From positions 50,773 through 114,772 of the forward strand of contig CAWVSB010000007.1 in the NCBI GenBank assembly GCA_963933215.1: 64,000 bases of DNA. The letters run 5' to 3'. The position numbers and the translations under genes were made by a program. The stretch comes from an uncultured Cellvibrionales bacterium (GTDB lineage Bacteria > Pseudomonadota > Gammaproteobacteria > Pseudomonadales > CAWVSB01). Below the pieces are notes generated by a model. That model had not been told where the DNA came from and searched no databases. It saw only the letters and a program-made list of their open reading frames with translations. Of this stretch, positions 24,537 to 34,698 are shown piece after piece. The first letter of the stretch is position 1, and each line of letters starts with the position of its first letter.

Positions 24537-25313
24537 TTAATTTGCTGTCTTATCTAATTTATTCATAATTTCTTGCGCTAAGGCTTGATACGCCGCACTA
24601 CCGCGTGAAGATCGGTCATAACGGACAATAGGTAACCCATGGGATGGCGCCTCAGCTAGACGAACATTACGCGGTATCACGGTGCGATAAACTTTATCAC
24701 CAAAGTGTGTAAGCAATTGTGACGATACGTCTCTAGTTAAGCTATTACGTGGGTCATACATAGTGCGCAAAATCCCTTCAACGCGTAGATTCGGATTAAT
24801 ACTAGAAGCAACTTTACCCACAGTGTTTAACAGCGCCGACAAACCTTCGAGCGCATAATATTCACACTGCATAGTAATAATTATTCCATTTGCAGCTACC
24901 AATGCGTTAAGCGTTAACATGTTTAATGACGGCGGACAGTCAATTAAAATAAAATCGTAATTCCCAGTAACTTCAGCCAACGCCTCATGCAAGCGTTGCT
25001 CGCGTCTGTCGCTATTTAATAACTCTACTTCTGCAGCGGTTAAATCACCGTTAGCTGGCAGTAAGTCAAAGCCAGCCACGCCACTGCGCTGGATGCATTT
25101 TTTAGCGCTAGCGCCTTGGGCTAAAACTTCATAAACACTATTTGGTAAATCGTTTTTTTCTAAGCCACTACCCATAGTCGCATTACCTTGCGGATCTAGA
25201 TCTACCAACAACACCCGCTGCTCAAGATCACTAAGACAAGCTGCCAAGTTAACAGTGGTGGTGGTTTTACCCACCCCACCTTTTTGATTTGCTATGGCTA
25301 AAATTTTAGTCAA
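24537..25313 (-). CDS. parA: Chromosome partitioning ATPase ParA (Soj)
   Basis: 258 aa with the deviant Walker A KGGVGKTTT. Confidence 0.92.
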   Translation of the reverse strand: MTKILAIANQKGGVGKTTTTVNLAACLSDLEQRVLLVDLDPQGNATMGSGLEKNDLPNSVYEVLAQGASAKKCIQRSGVAGFDLLPANGDLTAAEVELLNSDRREQRLHEALAEVTGNYDFILIDCPPSLNMLTLNALVAANGIIITMQCEYYALEGLSALLNTVGKVASSINPNLRVEGILRTMYDPRNSLTRDVSSQLLTHFGDKVYRTVIPRNVRLAEAPSHGLPIVRYDRSSRGSAAYQALAQEIMNKLDKTAN

Positions 25314-25330
25314 TTTTATTATCCTGATTA

Positions 25331-25966
25331 TTAATCTAAAGCGATGGCGACCAGATGTCGCTCAGCGGCTAAGCCAGGTACTTTCAGTTCATGCACTGCT
25401 GTGACTTTATATCCTGTTGGTAATTCACTCAACTCTTCTGTTGGATAAACTCCTTTCATTGCCAAAAACAGCCCCTTGTTTTGCAGTAAATGATTTGTCT
25501 TTGCTAACATATCAGTTAGCGATGTAAACGCTCGTGAAGTTACTGCGTCATATTTTTTTTCAGCCGCTAGCTGTTCTGCCCTTTTGTTTAACACCGTAAT
25601 ATTGGATAACCCTAAATGAGTAACAACATGCTGCATAAACCGTGTTTTTTTGCCATTGCTGTCGACGGTGGTAATGGCGGCCATAGGGTAACAAATTGCC
25701 AATGGAACACCCGGTAGCCCAGCGCCGCTGCCAATATCTATTATAGACTCCCTACCTGCAAAAAATGGCACTACCGACAAACTATCTAAAATATGCTTAA
25801 CCATCATTTCGCCTTCATCACGGACAGCAGTCAGGTTATAAGCCTTGTTCCAATGGGAAAGTAATTTAACATAATCCACGAGCTTTTTTTTCTGTTCACT
25901 GTCTAAAACTAACTGCAGTTGCGCAACGCCATGTTCTAACAGCGCTGACAAATTATTATCAAGCAA
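25331..25966 (-). CDS. rsmG: 16S rRNA (guanine527-N7)-methyltransferase RsmG (GidB)
   Basis: 211 aa with the SAM motif IGSGAGLPG. Overlaps the mnmG stop by 8 bp. Confidence 0.9.
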   Translation of the reverse strand: MLDNNLSALLEHGVAQLQLVLDSEQKKKLVDYVKLLSHWNKAYNLTAVRDEGEMMVKHILDSLSVVPFFAGRESIIDIGSGAGLPGVPLAICYPMAAITTVDSNGKKTRFMQHVVTHLGLSNITVLNKRAEQLAAEKKYDAVTSRAFTSLTDMLAKTNHLLQNKGLFLAMKGVYPTEELSELPTGYKVTAVHELKVPGLAAERHLVAIALD

Positions 25967-27845
25967 TCTTACGCTCCAGTAGTCCGCGTTTTTTCAATGA
26001 TATTAACAACAGTGATATTGCTGCCGGCGTAATACCTTGAATCCGCGACGCCACCGCCAATGTTGCTGGTTTAGTAGCCATTAATTTTTGTTTTACTTCG
26101 TTCGACAAACCTTCTATTGATTGGTAGTCAAAGTCCATAGGTAATATCGCTGTCTCATATTTTTTCAAGCGCCCTATTTCTTCTTGTTGTCGATCAATAT
26201 AACCGGCATATTTTGCAGCAATTTCTAGCTGTTCAACTACTTGCTCATCAACCAAGGCTTGGCCTTTCAAACTTGCTACGTCTGCATAACTCACGCCAGG
26301 CCGGCGCAGTAAATCCATTAAGTTGTACTCACGACTAATTGGTTTTTCAATCAACTGGTTAATAACGTCAGCTTCTGGAGTTTTAGGTTGAATCCAAGTG
26401 CTTTTTAAGCGCGTGGTTTCTTGCTCTACTGACTCTCGCTTGTTACTAAAATATTGCCAACGCTGGTCATCGACTAAACCCAGCTCTCTTCCTATCTCGG
26501 TTAGGCGCGTATCGGCATTATCTTCGCGTAGTGACAATCGATATTCTGCCCGCGAGGTAAACATACGATAAGGCTCTGTGGTACCCATAGTAATCAAATC
26601 ATCAACCAACACGCCCAAATATGCTTGGTCGCGGCCTGGATACCAAGCATCTAACTCTTGACTGCGCCTAGCAGCATTTAGACCGGCTAGCAAACCTTGC
26701 GCAGCGGCTTCTTCATAACCAGTGGTACCATTGATTTGCCCGGCAAAAAATAAACCTTCGATAAAACGTGTTTCTAAACTGTGTTTTAAATCTCGCGGAT
26801 CAAAAAAGTCATACTCAATGGCGTAACCAGGTCTGGTGATATGAGCGTTTTCAAAACCTTTAATCGATCGCACTAGATTTATTTGTACATCAAACGGTAA
26901 ACTTGTTGATATCCCATTGGGATATAACTCATGTGTATCTAAGCCTTCTGGCTCGATAAATATTTGATGTGAATTTTTGTCAGCAAAGCGATGTATTTTG
27001 TCTTCTACTGATGGGCAGTAACGCGGACCAACGCCATCAATCACCCCAGTATACATTGGTGATCGATCTAACCCGCCGCGAATTATATCGTGGGTTTTTT
27101 CATTGGTATGAGTTATCCAACAACAGACTTGTTCAGGATGATCGTCTACCGAACCTAAGTAAGACATTACCGGCAATGGCGTGTCACCCCACTGCTCTTC
27201 TAATTCTGAAAAATCGACTGACTTGGCATCTATCCGTGGTGGCGTACCTGTTTTTAAACGGTTAACTCGAAACGGTAATTCACGCAGTCGATCAGCTAGA
27301 GCGATTGACGGTGGATCGCCCGCTCGTCCTCCAGAGTGATTCTCTAAACCTATGTGGATTTTTCCACCCAAGAAAGTACCTGCGGTCAATACCACTGAGT
27401 CGGCATAAAATTTCAAACCCATTTGAGTCACAACACCAACAACTTTGTCTTGTTCGATAATTAAATCGTCAACAGAGTGCTGGAATATTTGTAACTGCTT
27501 TTGGTTTTCTAATATTCCACGAATAGCGGCTTTGTACAACACGCGGTCAGCTTGAGCGCGGGTTGCTCTTACTGCAGGGCCTTTACGCGAATTCAACACT
27601 CTAAATTGGATACCGCCTTTGTCGGTAGCTGTTGCCATAGCGCCGCCGAGTGCATCAATTTCTTTTACCAAATGGCTTTTTCCAATTCCACCAATAGCAG
27701 GGTTACAAGACATCTGCCCTAAGGTTTCGATGTTATGAGTTAGCAAGAGCGTAGTCACACCCATTCTGGCACTAGCTAGCGCTGCTTCAGTGCCGGCATG
27801 GCCGCCGCCAATAATTATAACGCCGTAACGAGTTGGGTAATTCAT
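25959..27845 (-). CDS. mnmG: tRNA uridine 5-carboxymethylaminomethyl modification enzyme MnmG (GidA)
   Basis: ORF 25959..27854. The ATG at 27845 gives [22 protein letters not shown], a typical MnmG N-terminus. Confidence 0.95.
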   Translation of the reverse strand: MNYPTRYGVIIIGGGHAGTEAALASARMGVTTLLLTHNIETLGQMSCNPAIGGIGKSHLVKEIDALGGAMATATDKGGIQFRVLNSRKGPAVRATRAQADRVLYKAAIRGILENQKQLQIFQHSVDDLIIEQDKVVGVVTQMGLKFYADSVVLTAGTFLGGKIHIGLENHSGGRAGDPPSIALADRLRELPFRVNRLKTGTPPRIDAKSVDFSELEEQWGDTPLPVMSYLGSVDDHPEQVCCWITHTNEKTHDIIRGGLDRSPMYTGVIDGVGPRYCPSVEDKIHRFADKNSHQIFIEPEGLDTHELYPNGISTSLPFDVQINLVRSIKGFENAHITRPGYAIEYDFFDPRDLKHSLETRFIEGLFFAGQINGTTGYEEAAAQGLLAGLNAARRSQELDAWYPGRDQAYLGVLVDDLITMGTTEPYRMFTSRAEYRLSLREDNADTRLTEIGRELGLVDDQRWQYFSNKRESVEQETTRLKSTWIQPKTPEADVINQLIEKPISREYNLMDLLRRPGVSYADVASLKGQALVDEQVVEQLEIAAKYAGYIDRQQEEIGRLKKYETAILPMDFDYQSIEGLSNEVKQKLMATKPATLAVASRIQGITPAAISLLLISLKKRGLLERKIA

Positions 27846-28252
27846 AGTGCACACATGGCTATTTTTAAAAGGGCAGGCAGTATAGGGGCTGCTGAAAAAA
27901 TGAGCAAAGTAACTTTATATTTAATTTTTTTTGTCGTTTATTTATTAGTTACTTATATATATATAGTTATTAGGATATAGAGTAATAAAGAATTAGTTAT
28001 TATTAGTCAGCACAAATTCAGTTGATAAGTAATTAATAATTATTAAAATCAATACCTTAGGTCAATGATAACTACATACATAAGCCCAGTGTTTGAATGT
28101 GATTTAGCTGTTACACGGCTGTGTACTGTTTTAGTTTTTTTTAGGCCATTATAATAGGCTTTAAGTTATCAACTGATTTACACACATTTTATGCACTAGG
28201 TTATTACTTGCTTATTAGTACTGAATTGTAACCCCTGTTAAATAAATAGCTG

Positions 28253-28261
28253 TGTGGATAA
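28253..28261 (-). promoter_or_regulatory. Perfect DnaA box (TGTGGATAA, the complement of TTATCCACA) in the AT-rich spacer upstream of mnmG
   Basis: Read directly at 28253-28261. Imperfect boxes lie at 28176-28184 (ATTTACACA) and 28166-28174 (TTATCAACT). Confidence 0.6.
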
Positions 28262-28360
28262 CTATAGGGGAAAGCTGTGTTATTGCTGTAGAGATGCTCT
28301 TACTTAACGGTGCAAAAACTTGAAAGCACTTTTCACGCAAATACTAGAAATGAAAATTAC

Positions 28361-28398
28361 AAAAAAGCCCTATACAATAAATTCATTACTTAGGGCTT
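28361..28398 (-). terminator. Rho-independent terminator after the FG-GAP lipoprotein gene
   Basis: On the minus strand: stem AAGCCCTA, an 18-nt loop, stem TAGGGCTT, then T6. Begins 22 bp downstream of the stop codon at 28421-28423. Confidence 0.6.
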
Positions 28399-28420
28399 TA
28401 TTATTTCCATATTCTAAATA

Positions 28421-30256
28421 TTAGTACAAATAAACAGCGCCGGCAGAATCTGCAGAGTTATCCGCTTGGTCACCATTAATACCATTAGCGTTACTATCTT
28501 CACCTGCAGCAACAACAGCTAATGTATTTCCATCCCCATTTAAGCTAACCCCAGAGCCAAAAAAATCATTGTCTTCAGTATTACTGGCTTTGATATAAGC
28601 TTGCTGAACCCAAATATCACCTGTGCGGCTAAAGGCATATACTGCACCTGGATCATTTCCTGAGCTGTTTGCTTGGTCACCATTTATACCAGTGGCATTA
28701 CTATCTTCACGAAACGCTCCAACGGCTAATGTATTGCCATCACCGCTTAGGCCAACTTCATTTCCAAAATGCTGTCCAGAAGCCATATTATTACTAGCTT
28801 TAATATAGGCTTGCTGCGACCAAGTAGTATCTGAGCGGCTAAAAATATACACAGCTCCTGCGGTAAATATATCATTATTACTCTGGTCACCATTAATCCC
28901 TGTAGCGCTACTGTCTTCACCTGCCGCGCCGACTGCTAATGTATTTCCATCAGTGCTTAAGCTAATATCCGAAAACCCGTCCCTGGCTCCACTATTGCTA
29001 GCTTTAATGTAGGCTTGCTGGACCCATGCAGTAACTGCTCGGCTAAAGATATACACAGCGCCTGAGTTAATTGCCGAGTTATCGGTTTGGTCACCATTAA
29101 TACCAGTGGCGATACTGTCTTCAGAAGTAGCGCTAACCGCTAAGATATTTCCATCACCACTCAAGCTAACTTCTCCACCAAATAAATCTTCAGTTTCAGT
29201 ATTACTCGCTTTTAAATAAGCTTGCTGGGTCCAGGCAGTACCCGTGCGGCTAAAGATATACACAGCCCCTGCATCAGTTGCCGAGTTATCAGTTTGGTCA
29301 CCATTGATACCGGTAGCGTTGCTATCTTCAACTGGAGCGCCAACCGCTAAAGTACCCCCATTGCTGCTCAGACTAATGCTAATGCCAAAGTTGTCAAAAC
29401 TCTCAGTATTACTGGCTTTTACATAAGCTTGCTGGGTCCAGGTAATTCCCGTGCGACTAAAGATATACACAGCGCCAGCGGCATCTGCCGAGTTATCGGT
29501 TTGGTCTCCACCAATATCGGTAGCATTACTGGCTTCACCATTGGCACCAACTGCTAAGGTATTGCCATCATCACTTAAGCTAACACTTCTACCAAAATTG
29601 TCAGTTGAGCCAAATACACCCGTCGCTTCAGTATTACTAGCTTTAATATAGGCTTGCTGAGCCCAAGTAGTATCGGCATCGGCGCGGCTAAAGATATAAA
29701 CAGCGCCAGCATTAATAGTGGAGTTATCGGCTTGGTTACCATTAATACCAGTAGCGTTACTGTCTTCAGAAGCAGCAATCGCTAGCGTATTACCGTCCTT
29801 GCTTAGGCTAACACTAGCCCCAAAAGAGTCATGGGTTTCACTATTACTGGATTTAAAATATCCAATGCTAGCGACTAATGAATCACTGACTGAGATAGTG
29901 GTAGAGTTGGTACAAGCATTACCAGTGCATGTTTGTAGAATATACTGAGCATTAAACCGTTTGTATAAAGGGGCAGTAATGCTAGTAGTTTGAGTCCCTT
30001 GAGGAATAGCACTCCCCACTTGGTTAAAACCAGAGTTACTATCTGGATTTTCTAACAAACGATATTCTGTTGCATCGGGAATATCAGTCCAACTGAAGGT
30101 GAATAATTTTGTTTGTTCAAAACTAAGGCTTAAGGCAGCAGCCCTACTAATTGCTGTTGTATCTGTTGCTGGCGCGTTACTGCCGCCCCCACCCCCACCG
30201 CCACATGCACTTATAAAAATAAAGCTAGTTATAATAATTACAAACTTATTTATCAT
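28421..30256 (-). CDS. Lipoprotein with an N-terminal Ig/Fn3-like region and seven FG-GAP-type repeats (predicted 7-bladed beta-propeller)
   Basis: 611 aa. The lipobox ISAC (Cys18) is followed by Gly7. Seven ~69-aa units follow, with the pattern AYIKASNTE..D.FG.SVSLS.DGNTLAVGA..EDSNATGINGDQ.DNS...AGAVYIFSR. Confidence 0.8.
   Translation of the reverse strand: MINKFVIIITSFIFISACGGGGGGGSNAPATDTTAISRAAALSLSFEQTKLFTFSWTDIPDATEYRLLENPDSNSGFNQVGSAIPQGTQTTSITAPLYKRFNAQYILQTCTGNACTNSTTISVSDSLVASIGYFKSSNSETHDSFGASVSLSKDGNTLAIAASEDSNATGINGNQADNSTINAGAVYIFSRADADTTWAQQAYIKASNTEATGVFGSTDNFGRSVSLSDDGNTLAVGANGEASNATDIGGDQTDNSADAAGAVYIFSRTGITWTQQAYVKASNTESFDNFGISISLSSNGGTLAVGAPVEDSNATGINGDQTDNSATDAGAVYIFSRTGTAWTQQAYLKASNTETEDLFGGEVSLSGDGNILAVSATSEDSIATGINGDQTDNSAINSGAVYIFSRAVTAWVQQAYIKASNSGARDGFSDISLSTDGNTLAVGAAGEDSSATGINGDQSNNDIFTAGAVYIFSRSDTTWSQQAYIKASNNMASGQHFGNEVGLSGDGNTLAVGAFREDSNATGINGDQANSSGNDPGAVYAFSRTGDIWVQQAYIKASNTEDNDFFGSGVSLNGDGNTLAVVAAGEDSNANGINGDQADNSADSAGAVYLY
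28424..29863 (-). repeat. Tandem coding repeat, about 207-bp period, seven copies, within the FG-GAP gene
   Basis: The recurrent string GCGGCTAAAGATATACACAGC (with variants) appears near 28626, 28835, 29039, 29246, 29453 and 29683. Plus-strand shadow ORFs starting MRLK(I/A)YTAP recur at 28623, 29244 and 29451, offsets that are multiples of 207. Confidence 0.85.
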
Positions 30257-30323
30257 GAGTTTTCCAATATAGTTTAAAAAATATGGGTTGTATTGTTTCT
30301 AATTATACTAGTTAAAAGCGATA

Positions 30324-31703
30324 CTATTTTCCTATGCAAAAGCTTGAAAAGATCTTTCCGAGCAAATCATCAGCACTTAGTTGACCAGTAATTTCACCCA
30401 GCGTTTTTTGTGCTTGGTACAAGTCATCGGCTAATAACTCTCCTGCACCATGATTATTTAGTTGGGATTTTCCTTGCTGTAAATAATCCAAGCTTCTTTC
30501 CAAAGCATCTAAATGCCGGCGCCTAGCAGTAAACGTTCCTTCGGCGGCAGTATTATAACCCATGATTTTTTTAAGATGATCAGTTAGTTGCTGTAGGCCT
30601 AGTTTGGCTTTAGCTGATAGTTTTATCTGCACAACTCCGCTAATTGTCACCATGCCAGGCTCCGTGCCAGCTAAGTCACATTTATTACTAATAACAGTGA
30701 CGTTATTTGGCAGTGGTAAACCGATAGATAAACCGGCCCAAAGTTTGTCTATTTCAGTTTCTTGCTCACAACTTGAATCAACAACAAGTAATACTTGATC
30801 AGCTTGTTCTATTTGATCAATTGCTCTGGCAATGCCGATTTCTTCAACAACGTCTGGGTTATCTCTAAGGCCAGCAGTATCGATAATATGCAGCGGCATA
30901 CCATCAAGCAGTATTTCTTCTTTTAATACATCACGAGTGGTGCCAGCAATATCTGTCACTATGGCGCTGTCTTTACCAGCTAATGCATTAAGTAAACTAG
31001 ACTTACCGGCATTTGGTTTGCCTGCAATAACAACAGTCATCCCTTCGCGAAGTAAAGCGCCTTGTTTAGCTTGTTGTAATAATTGTATTAATAATTCTTC
31101 AATAATATTTAATTGGCTACTGACATGGCCATCGGCTAAAAAGTCGATTTCTTCTTCGGGGAAATCAATTGCCGCTTCGACGTAAATACGTAGCTTGGTT
31201 AGTTGCTCAACCAAATTATTTATTTGTTGTGAAAACACACCTTGCAGCGAGCGAATAGAATTACGCGCAGCTTGAATAGAAGACGAATCAATTAAATCAG
31301 CAATCGCTTCGGCTTGAGTTAAGTCTATTTTGTCATTTAAAAAAGCCCGTTCGCTAAACTCTCCAGGGTTAGCCAATCGTGCACCTAAGCGCAGGGTTTC
31401 TTTTAATAGCATATCAAGAATAACTGGACCGCCATGGCCTTGCAGTTCTAGGACATCTTCGCCGGTAAAAGAATTCGGTCCAGGGAAAAATAAAGCGATG
31501 CCTTGATCGACAACGACAGCGTTGTCATCGCCATCAATACAGGCATAAAAGTCGCCATAATGGGCGCTGCGGGGAGTTAGTTTTTTATTGGTTATAACTA
31601 AAGCGATATCTTTAGCTAAGGGGCCAGAGATTCGAATAATCCCAATACCACCTCGACCGGGTGGTGTGGCTAGAGCAGAAATTGTATCAAAGTGATCAAT
31701 CAT
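30324..31703 (-). CDS. mnmE: tRNA modification GTPase MnmE (TrmE)
   Basis: 459 aa with the G-domain [12 protein letters not shown] and the C-terminal CIGK motif. Confidence 0.95.
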   Translation of the reverse strand: MIDHFDTISALATPPGRGGIGIIRISGPLAKDIALVITNKKLTPRSAHYGDFYACIDGDDNAVVVDQGIALFFPGPNSFTGEDVLELQGHGGPVILDMLLKETLRLGARLANPGEFSERAFLNDKIDLTQAEAIADLIDSSSIQAARNSIRSLQGVFSQQINNLVEQLTKLRIYVEAAIDFPEEEIDFLADGHVSSQLNIIEELLIQLLQQAKQGALLREGMTVVIAGKPNAGKSSLLNALAGKDSAIVTDIAGTTRDVLKEEILLDGMPLHIIDTAGLRDNPDVVEEIGIARAIDQIEQADQVLLVVDSSCEQETEIDKLWAGLSIGLPLPNNVTVISNKCDLAGTEPGMVTISGVVQIKLSAKAKLGLQQLTDHLKKIMGYNTAAEGTFTARRRHLDALERSLDYLQQGKSQLNNHGAGELLADDLYQAQKTLGEITGQLSADDLLGKIFSSFCIGK

Positions 31704-31732
31704 AACTCTAGCCTACCAGAACTTGTTAACAA

Positions 31733-33418
31733 CTATTGTGCAGCAGCCGCTGCGGCTTCAATTTGGCGAGTGATCATCCACTGCTGCAAAATTGACAAGA
31801 TGTTGTTCACACACCAATACAATACCAGGCCAGCTGGGAACCATAAAAAGAAGAAAGTAAAGAAGATTGGCATAATCTGCATAACCTTTGCTTGCATTGG
31901 ATCTGGTGGCGGTGGATTAAGTTTTTGCTGAATAAACATACTCACACCCATAATCAGCGGCAATATGTAGTATGGATCCATAGTTGACAGATCTTGTATC
32001 CAACCTAGCCATGGCGCATGACGTAACTCTACGCTTTCCATTAATACCCAATATAGCGATATAAACACAGGCATCTGGATAAGTATCGGTAGGCAGCCAC
32101 CAAGTGGATTTACTTTTTCTTTTTTGTATAACTCCATCATGGCTGCAGATTGCGCTTGCTTATCATCCGCATGGCGCTCTCGTATTTCAGTCATTTTGGG
32201 AGTGACCAAGCGCATTTTTGCCATTGAGCGATAACTGGCGGCGGACAAAGGATAGAACAGTAACTTAACAAACATGGTGAGGAAAATAATTGACCAACCC
32301 CAATTGCCAACATAACCATGGATAAAGGTCATAATCCAAAATAACGGCTGTGCAATCCACCACAACCATCCGTAATCGACAGTCAGTTCTAAGCCTAATG
32401 CGATTGCCTCTAGGCTTTCTTGATCTTTAGGGCCAGCATAAAACCGACTTTCAATAGTTTCTACGCTGTGTGGTGCAACCGTTACTGCGGGGCTGATATA
32501 ACGAATAAAATTGAAACCGTCACTGTTTACTTTGGTTGAATAAGCGTTGGTGACATCAACTGGTGGAATCCACGCTGAGATAAAATAATGCTGAACTATT
32601 GATAGCCAACCATTAGTGACACTTGCTTTAAACGGCTCATCTGCTAGATCAGAAAAAGTTGTTTTAATATAAGGTTTTTCTTCTGTGCGGGTAGCAACAC
32701 CTAAAAATGGTTGCATCCCCATGCCGGTGGTATCGGCTGCGGGGTCTTCGCTGCTGTCACGTTTTAGTTGAGCGTAGAAGTTGGCAGTCCATTGCTCATC
32801 GCTGTTGTTTTCAATAATATATTGTTGTGTGACTAAGTAACTGTTGGCAGTAAAAATAAAGCGCTTAGTAATATAAGCACCGTTGCTATCGGTAAACTTT
32901 AAATCAACATTTAAAGTTTCTCTGCCATTTAAATTATAGTCGCGAACAGCGCTGCTAAATAAAGGTTTACCATTTGCTGTGTCGGTGCCGTTAGGACCAA
33001 TTAACCCACTTTGGGCGATGTAGGTTCGACGTGAATTTTGCTCAAGAAGGACAAAGGGATTTTCTTTTTCGTCAAGTTTAGCTAAATGCTTTGGTAACAA
33101 GACACTTACAATATCGCCCCCGTTTGGGTCGATGCGCATTATTAAGGTGCCCGTTGTTACAGTAATTAAATTAGTACTAACCGGCGCTACCGTTGATTGG
33201 CTTGGCGCCACTATCGGTGCATTTAATACAGGCGTATCGCTATTACTGTTAGTTGCAATATCGCGGGGTACTTCGCCAGTATTTTGATAGCTCTCGATCG
33301 GCACTTGGTTAGCATCTAACAAAGCTTTATCGGCAGCTTTAAAATCAGTCCACTCGTTAACCAATATTAGTGAGACCGCAATAATGGCCCCGATAATGCT
33401 ATAACGGATCAGATCCAT
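31733..33418 (-). CDS. yidC: Membrane protein insertase YidC
   Basis: 561 aa with a large periplasmic domain and a conserved C-terminal 5-TM core ([16 protein letters not shown]). Confidence 0.95.
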   Translation of the reverse strand: MDLIRYSIIGAIIAVSLILVNEWTDFKAADKALLDANQVPIESYQNTGEVPRDIATNSNSDTPVLNAPIVAPSQSTVAPVSTNLITVTTGTLIMRIDPNGGDIVSVLLPKHLAKLDEKENPFVLLEQNSRRTYIAQSGLIGPNGTDTANGKPLFSSAVRDYNLNGRETLNVDLKFTDSNGAYITKRFIFTANSYLVTQQYIIENNSDEQWTANFYAQLKRDSSEDPAADTTGMGMQPFLGVATRTEEKPYIKTTFSDLADEPFKASVTNGWLSIVQHYFISAWIPPVDVTNAYSTKVNSDGFNFIRYISPAVTVAPHSVETIESRFYAGPKDQESLEAIALGLELTVDYGWLWWIAQPLFWIMTFIHGYVGNWGWSIIFLTMFVKLLFYPLSAASYRSMAKMRLVTPKMTEIRERHADDKQAQSAAMMELYKKEKVNPLGGCLPILIQMPVFISLYWVLMESVELRHAPWLGWIQDLSTMDPYYILPLIMGVSMFIQQKLNPPPPDPMQAKVMQIMPIFFTFFFLWFPAGLVLYWCVNNILSILQQWMITRQIEAAAAAAQ

Positions 33419-33695
33419 GGGTATCTATACACCTATGCTTATGTTGATGTGAATATTCAGGTACTGGGTCGAGACCACCGTCATTAAATGGATGGCAACG
33501 CAGTAATCTTCGAAGGGTTAAATAACAGCCTTTTAAAAACCCAAAACGGCCGACTGCAGTTTGGGCATAAGAAGAACAGTTAGGGTAGAAGCGGCAATGG
33601 TTGCCTAGTAGCGGACTAATAAAGTAGCGATAAAATGCGAGCAGACACAATGCTACCTTAGCGGCTAGCCCAGGCTTGTCGGTTTTACTTAACAC
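33399..33695 (-). CDS. yidD: Membrane protein insertion efficiency factor YidD
   Basis: ORF 33399..33734 contains [18 protein letters not shown] and CHPF..GG.DPVP. The start is uncertain: GTG 33695 is chosen over ATG 33734, which would overlap rnpA by 46 bp. Confidence 0.8.
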   Translation of the reverse strand: MLSKTDKPGLAAKVALCLLAFYRYFISPLLGNHCRFYPNCSSYAQTAVGRFGFLKGCYLTLRRLLRCHPFNDGGLDPVPEYSHQHKHRCIDTHGSDPL

Positions 33696-34063
33696 ACCGA
33701 TTTCTCGGTGGCTCGTCGAATTAATCTTTGCCACTGTTTTTCCAGTATTCGATTAAAGCTAGGGTTATCTAAGCCTCCACATCCCGATCTAGCAAGCACT
33801 ACAATATCTAAGCTAGGTAAATTATCAGTTTGGAGTCTAAAGCTTTCTCGTATCTGTCGTTTCAGTCGATTTCTTGTTACAGCTAATTTGACATGTTTTT
33901 TAGCAATAACCAGCCCCAATCTAGATTGAGACTGTTGGTTAAAACGGGCAAGCAATAATAGCTCGGGACATGATGTCTTTACTTCGGCCGAAGAGAAGAC
34001 GAATTGAAAGTCTTTGGCTGTCAGTAGGCGTTTCGATCTAGCAAAATTAAGTCCCGTGACCAT
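33689..34063 (-). CDS. rnpA: RNase P protein component
   Basis: 124-aa basic protein containing [12 protein letters not shown], positioned between rpmH and yidD. Confidence 0.9.
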   Translation of the reverse strand: MVTGLNFARSKRLLTAKDFQFVFSSAEVKTSCPELLLLARFNQQSQSRLGLVIAKKHVKLAVTRNRLKRQIRESFRLQTDNLPSLDIVVLARSGCGGLDNPSFNRILEKQWQRLIRRATEKSVC

Positions 34064-34091
34064 GCTCTAACCAGCCAGTTTTATGGCTTAA

Positions 34092-34226
34092 TTAGGCAGA
34101 AAGACGCTTGCGTCCTTTAGCTCGACGACGGTTAATTACCGCTTGTCCGCCTTTAGTGGCCATACGTGCACGGAAGCCGTGAGTACGTGCGCGCTTTAAT
34201 ACACTAGGTTGGAATGTTCTTTTCAT
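34092..34226 (-). CDS. rpmH: 50S ribosomal protein L34
   Basis: Not in the ORF track because it is under 60 aa. My manual translation gives [44 protein letters not shown] (44 aa plus TAA). Confidence 0.95.
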   Translation of the reverse strand: MKRTFQPSVLKRARTHGFRARMATKGGQAVINRRRAKGRKRLSA

Positions 34227-34393
34227 AGCTATTACTCGGTATTTGTCAGCATTACTTAGTGTAATACTAGCCTTAAAAAAATGAGCGCGAATTTTAGAGA
34301 ATTAACTACCAAATATCAATGCCCTTTTTTAATCTCTTGTCATGTCACTTCAGATACAAAGGATAATTAATACAAATTGCCCCTAGAAACAAC

Positions 34394-34402
34394 TTATACA
34401 CA
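34394..34402 (+). promoter_or_regulatory. DnaA box TTATACACA (perfect to TTATNCACA)
   Basis: Read directly. Embedded in the 16-bp direct repeat AACTTATACACAGGTT (34391-34406). Confidence 0.75.
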
Positions 34403-34415
34403 GGTTAAATTAAAC

Positions 34416-34424
34416 TTATACACA
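34416..34424 (+). promoter_or_regulatory. DnaA box TTATACACA (perfect to TTATNCACA)
   Basis: Read directly. This is the second copy of AACTTATACACAGGTT (34413-34428), 22 bp after the first. Confidence 0.75.
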
Positions 34425-34527
34425 GGTTTTTATAAGATAGGTTTTAGTAAATTTAAATAGCACTACCCCATTTTTATATTTTTTTAAGATACTGATTTAT
34501 ATGGAAATAAAATAAAAACAAAATATT

Positions 34528-34536
34528 TGTGGAAAA
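34528..34536 (-). promoter_or_regulatory. DnaA box, relaxed consensus (TGTGGAAAA, the complement of TTTTCCACA)
   Basis: Read directly. Fits TTWTNCACA. Confidence 0.55.
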
Positions 34537-34546
34537 CTTTTTAGGA

Positions 34547-34555
34547 TGTGGATAA
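34547..34555 (-). promoter_or_regulatory. Perfect DnaA box (TGTGGATAA, the complement of TTATCCACA)
   Basis: Read directly. Confidence 0.75.
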
Positions 34556-34698
34556 CCTACGTCATTCGGTCTTTTTGACCTTGTTTTTAACATTTTTTTA
34601 AAAGTCAGCGCAAATATCTTTATATTAAGTGCTACGGCTTTAATAAATATAAAAATATAAGTAAGGAGTGACATTAAGTCACATTAAAAGGGGTAGAC

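Larger units (their letters stand above)
34227..34698. other. oriC: Probable chromosomal origin oriC and/or dnaA autoregulatory region (rpmH-dnaA spacer)
   Basis: Four DnaA boxes, very AT-rich tracts (about 34425-34527 and 34560-34680), and a gene-orientation switch at exactly this spacer. Confidence 0.65.

Noticed and set aside
27954-27965. A (TA)6 microsatellite.
   Set aside because: It is short and sits in a generally A/T-saturated spacer. There is no evidence it is more than a compositional by-product.
27846-28420. An E. coli-type oriC next to gidA/mnmG, which would have a GATC-rich region with 13-mers.
   Set aside because: No GATC occurs in this spacer or in the rpmH-dnaA spacer, and only one perfect DnaA box is present here. 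Gene orientation favours the rpmH-dnaA spacer. The region is kept as a lower-ranked finding rather than called as oriC.
28424-29863. Regularly spaced repeats that could suggest a CRISPR array or a satellite.
   Set aside because: The period (~207 bp) and the divergence pattern fit protein repeats within one continuous 611-aa ORF. There are no short identical repeats with unique spacers, and no cas genes.
28623-29948. A series of plus-strand ORFs (28623, 29244, 29451, 29718) with near-identical products starting MRLK(I/A)YTAP.
   Set aside because: They are antisense shadows of the ~207-bp FG-GAP coding repeats on the minus strand. The minus-strand ORF is long, has a lipoprotein signal and shows a coherent repeat architecture.
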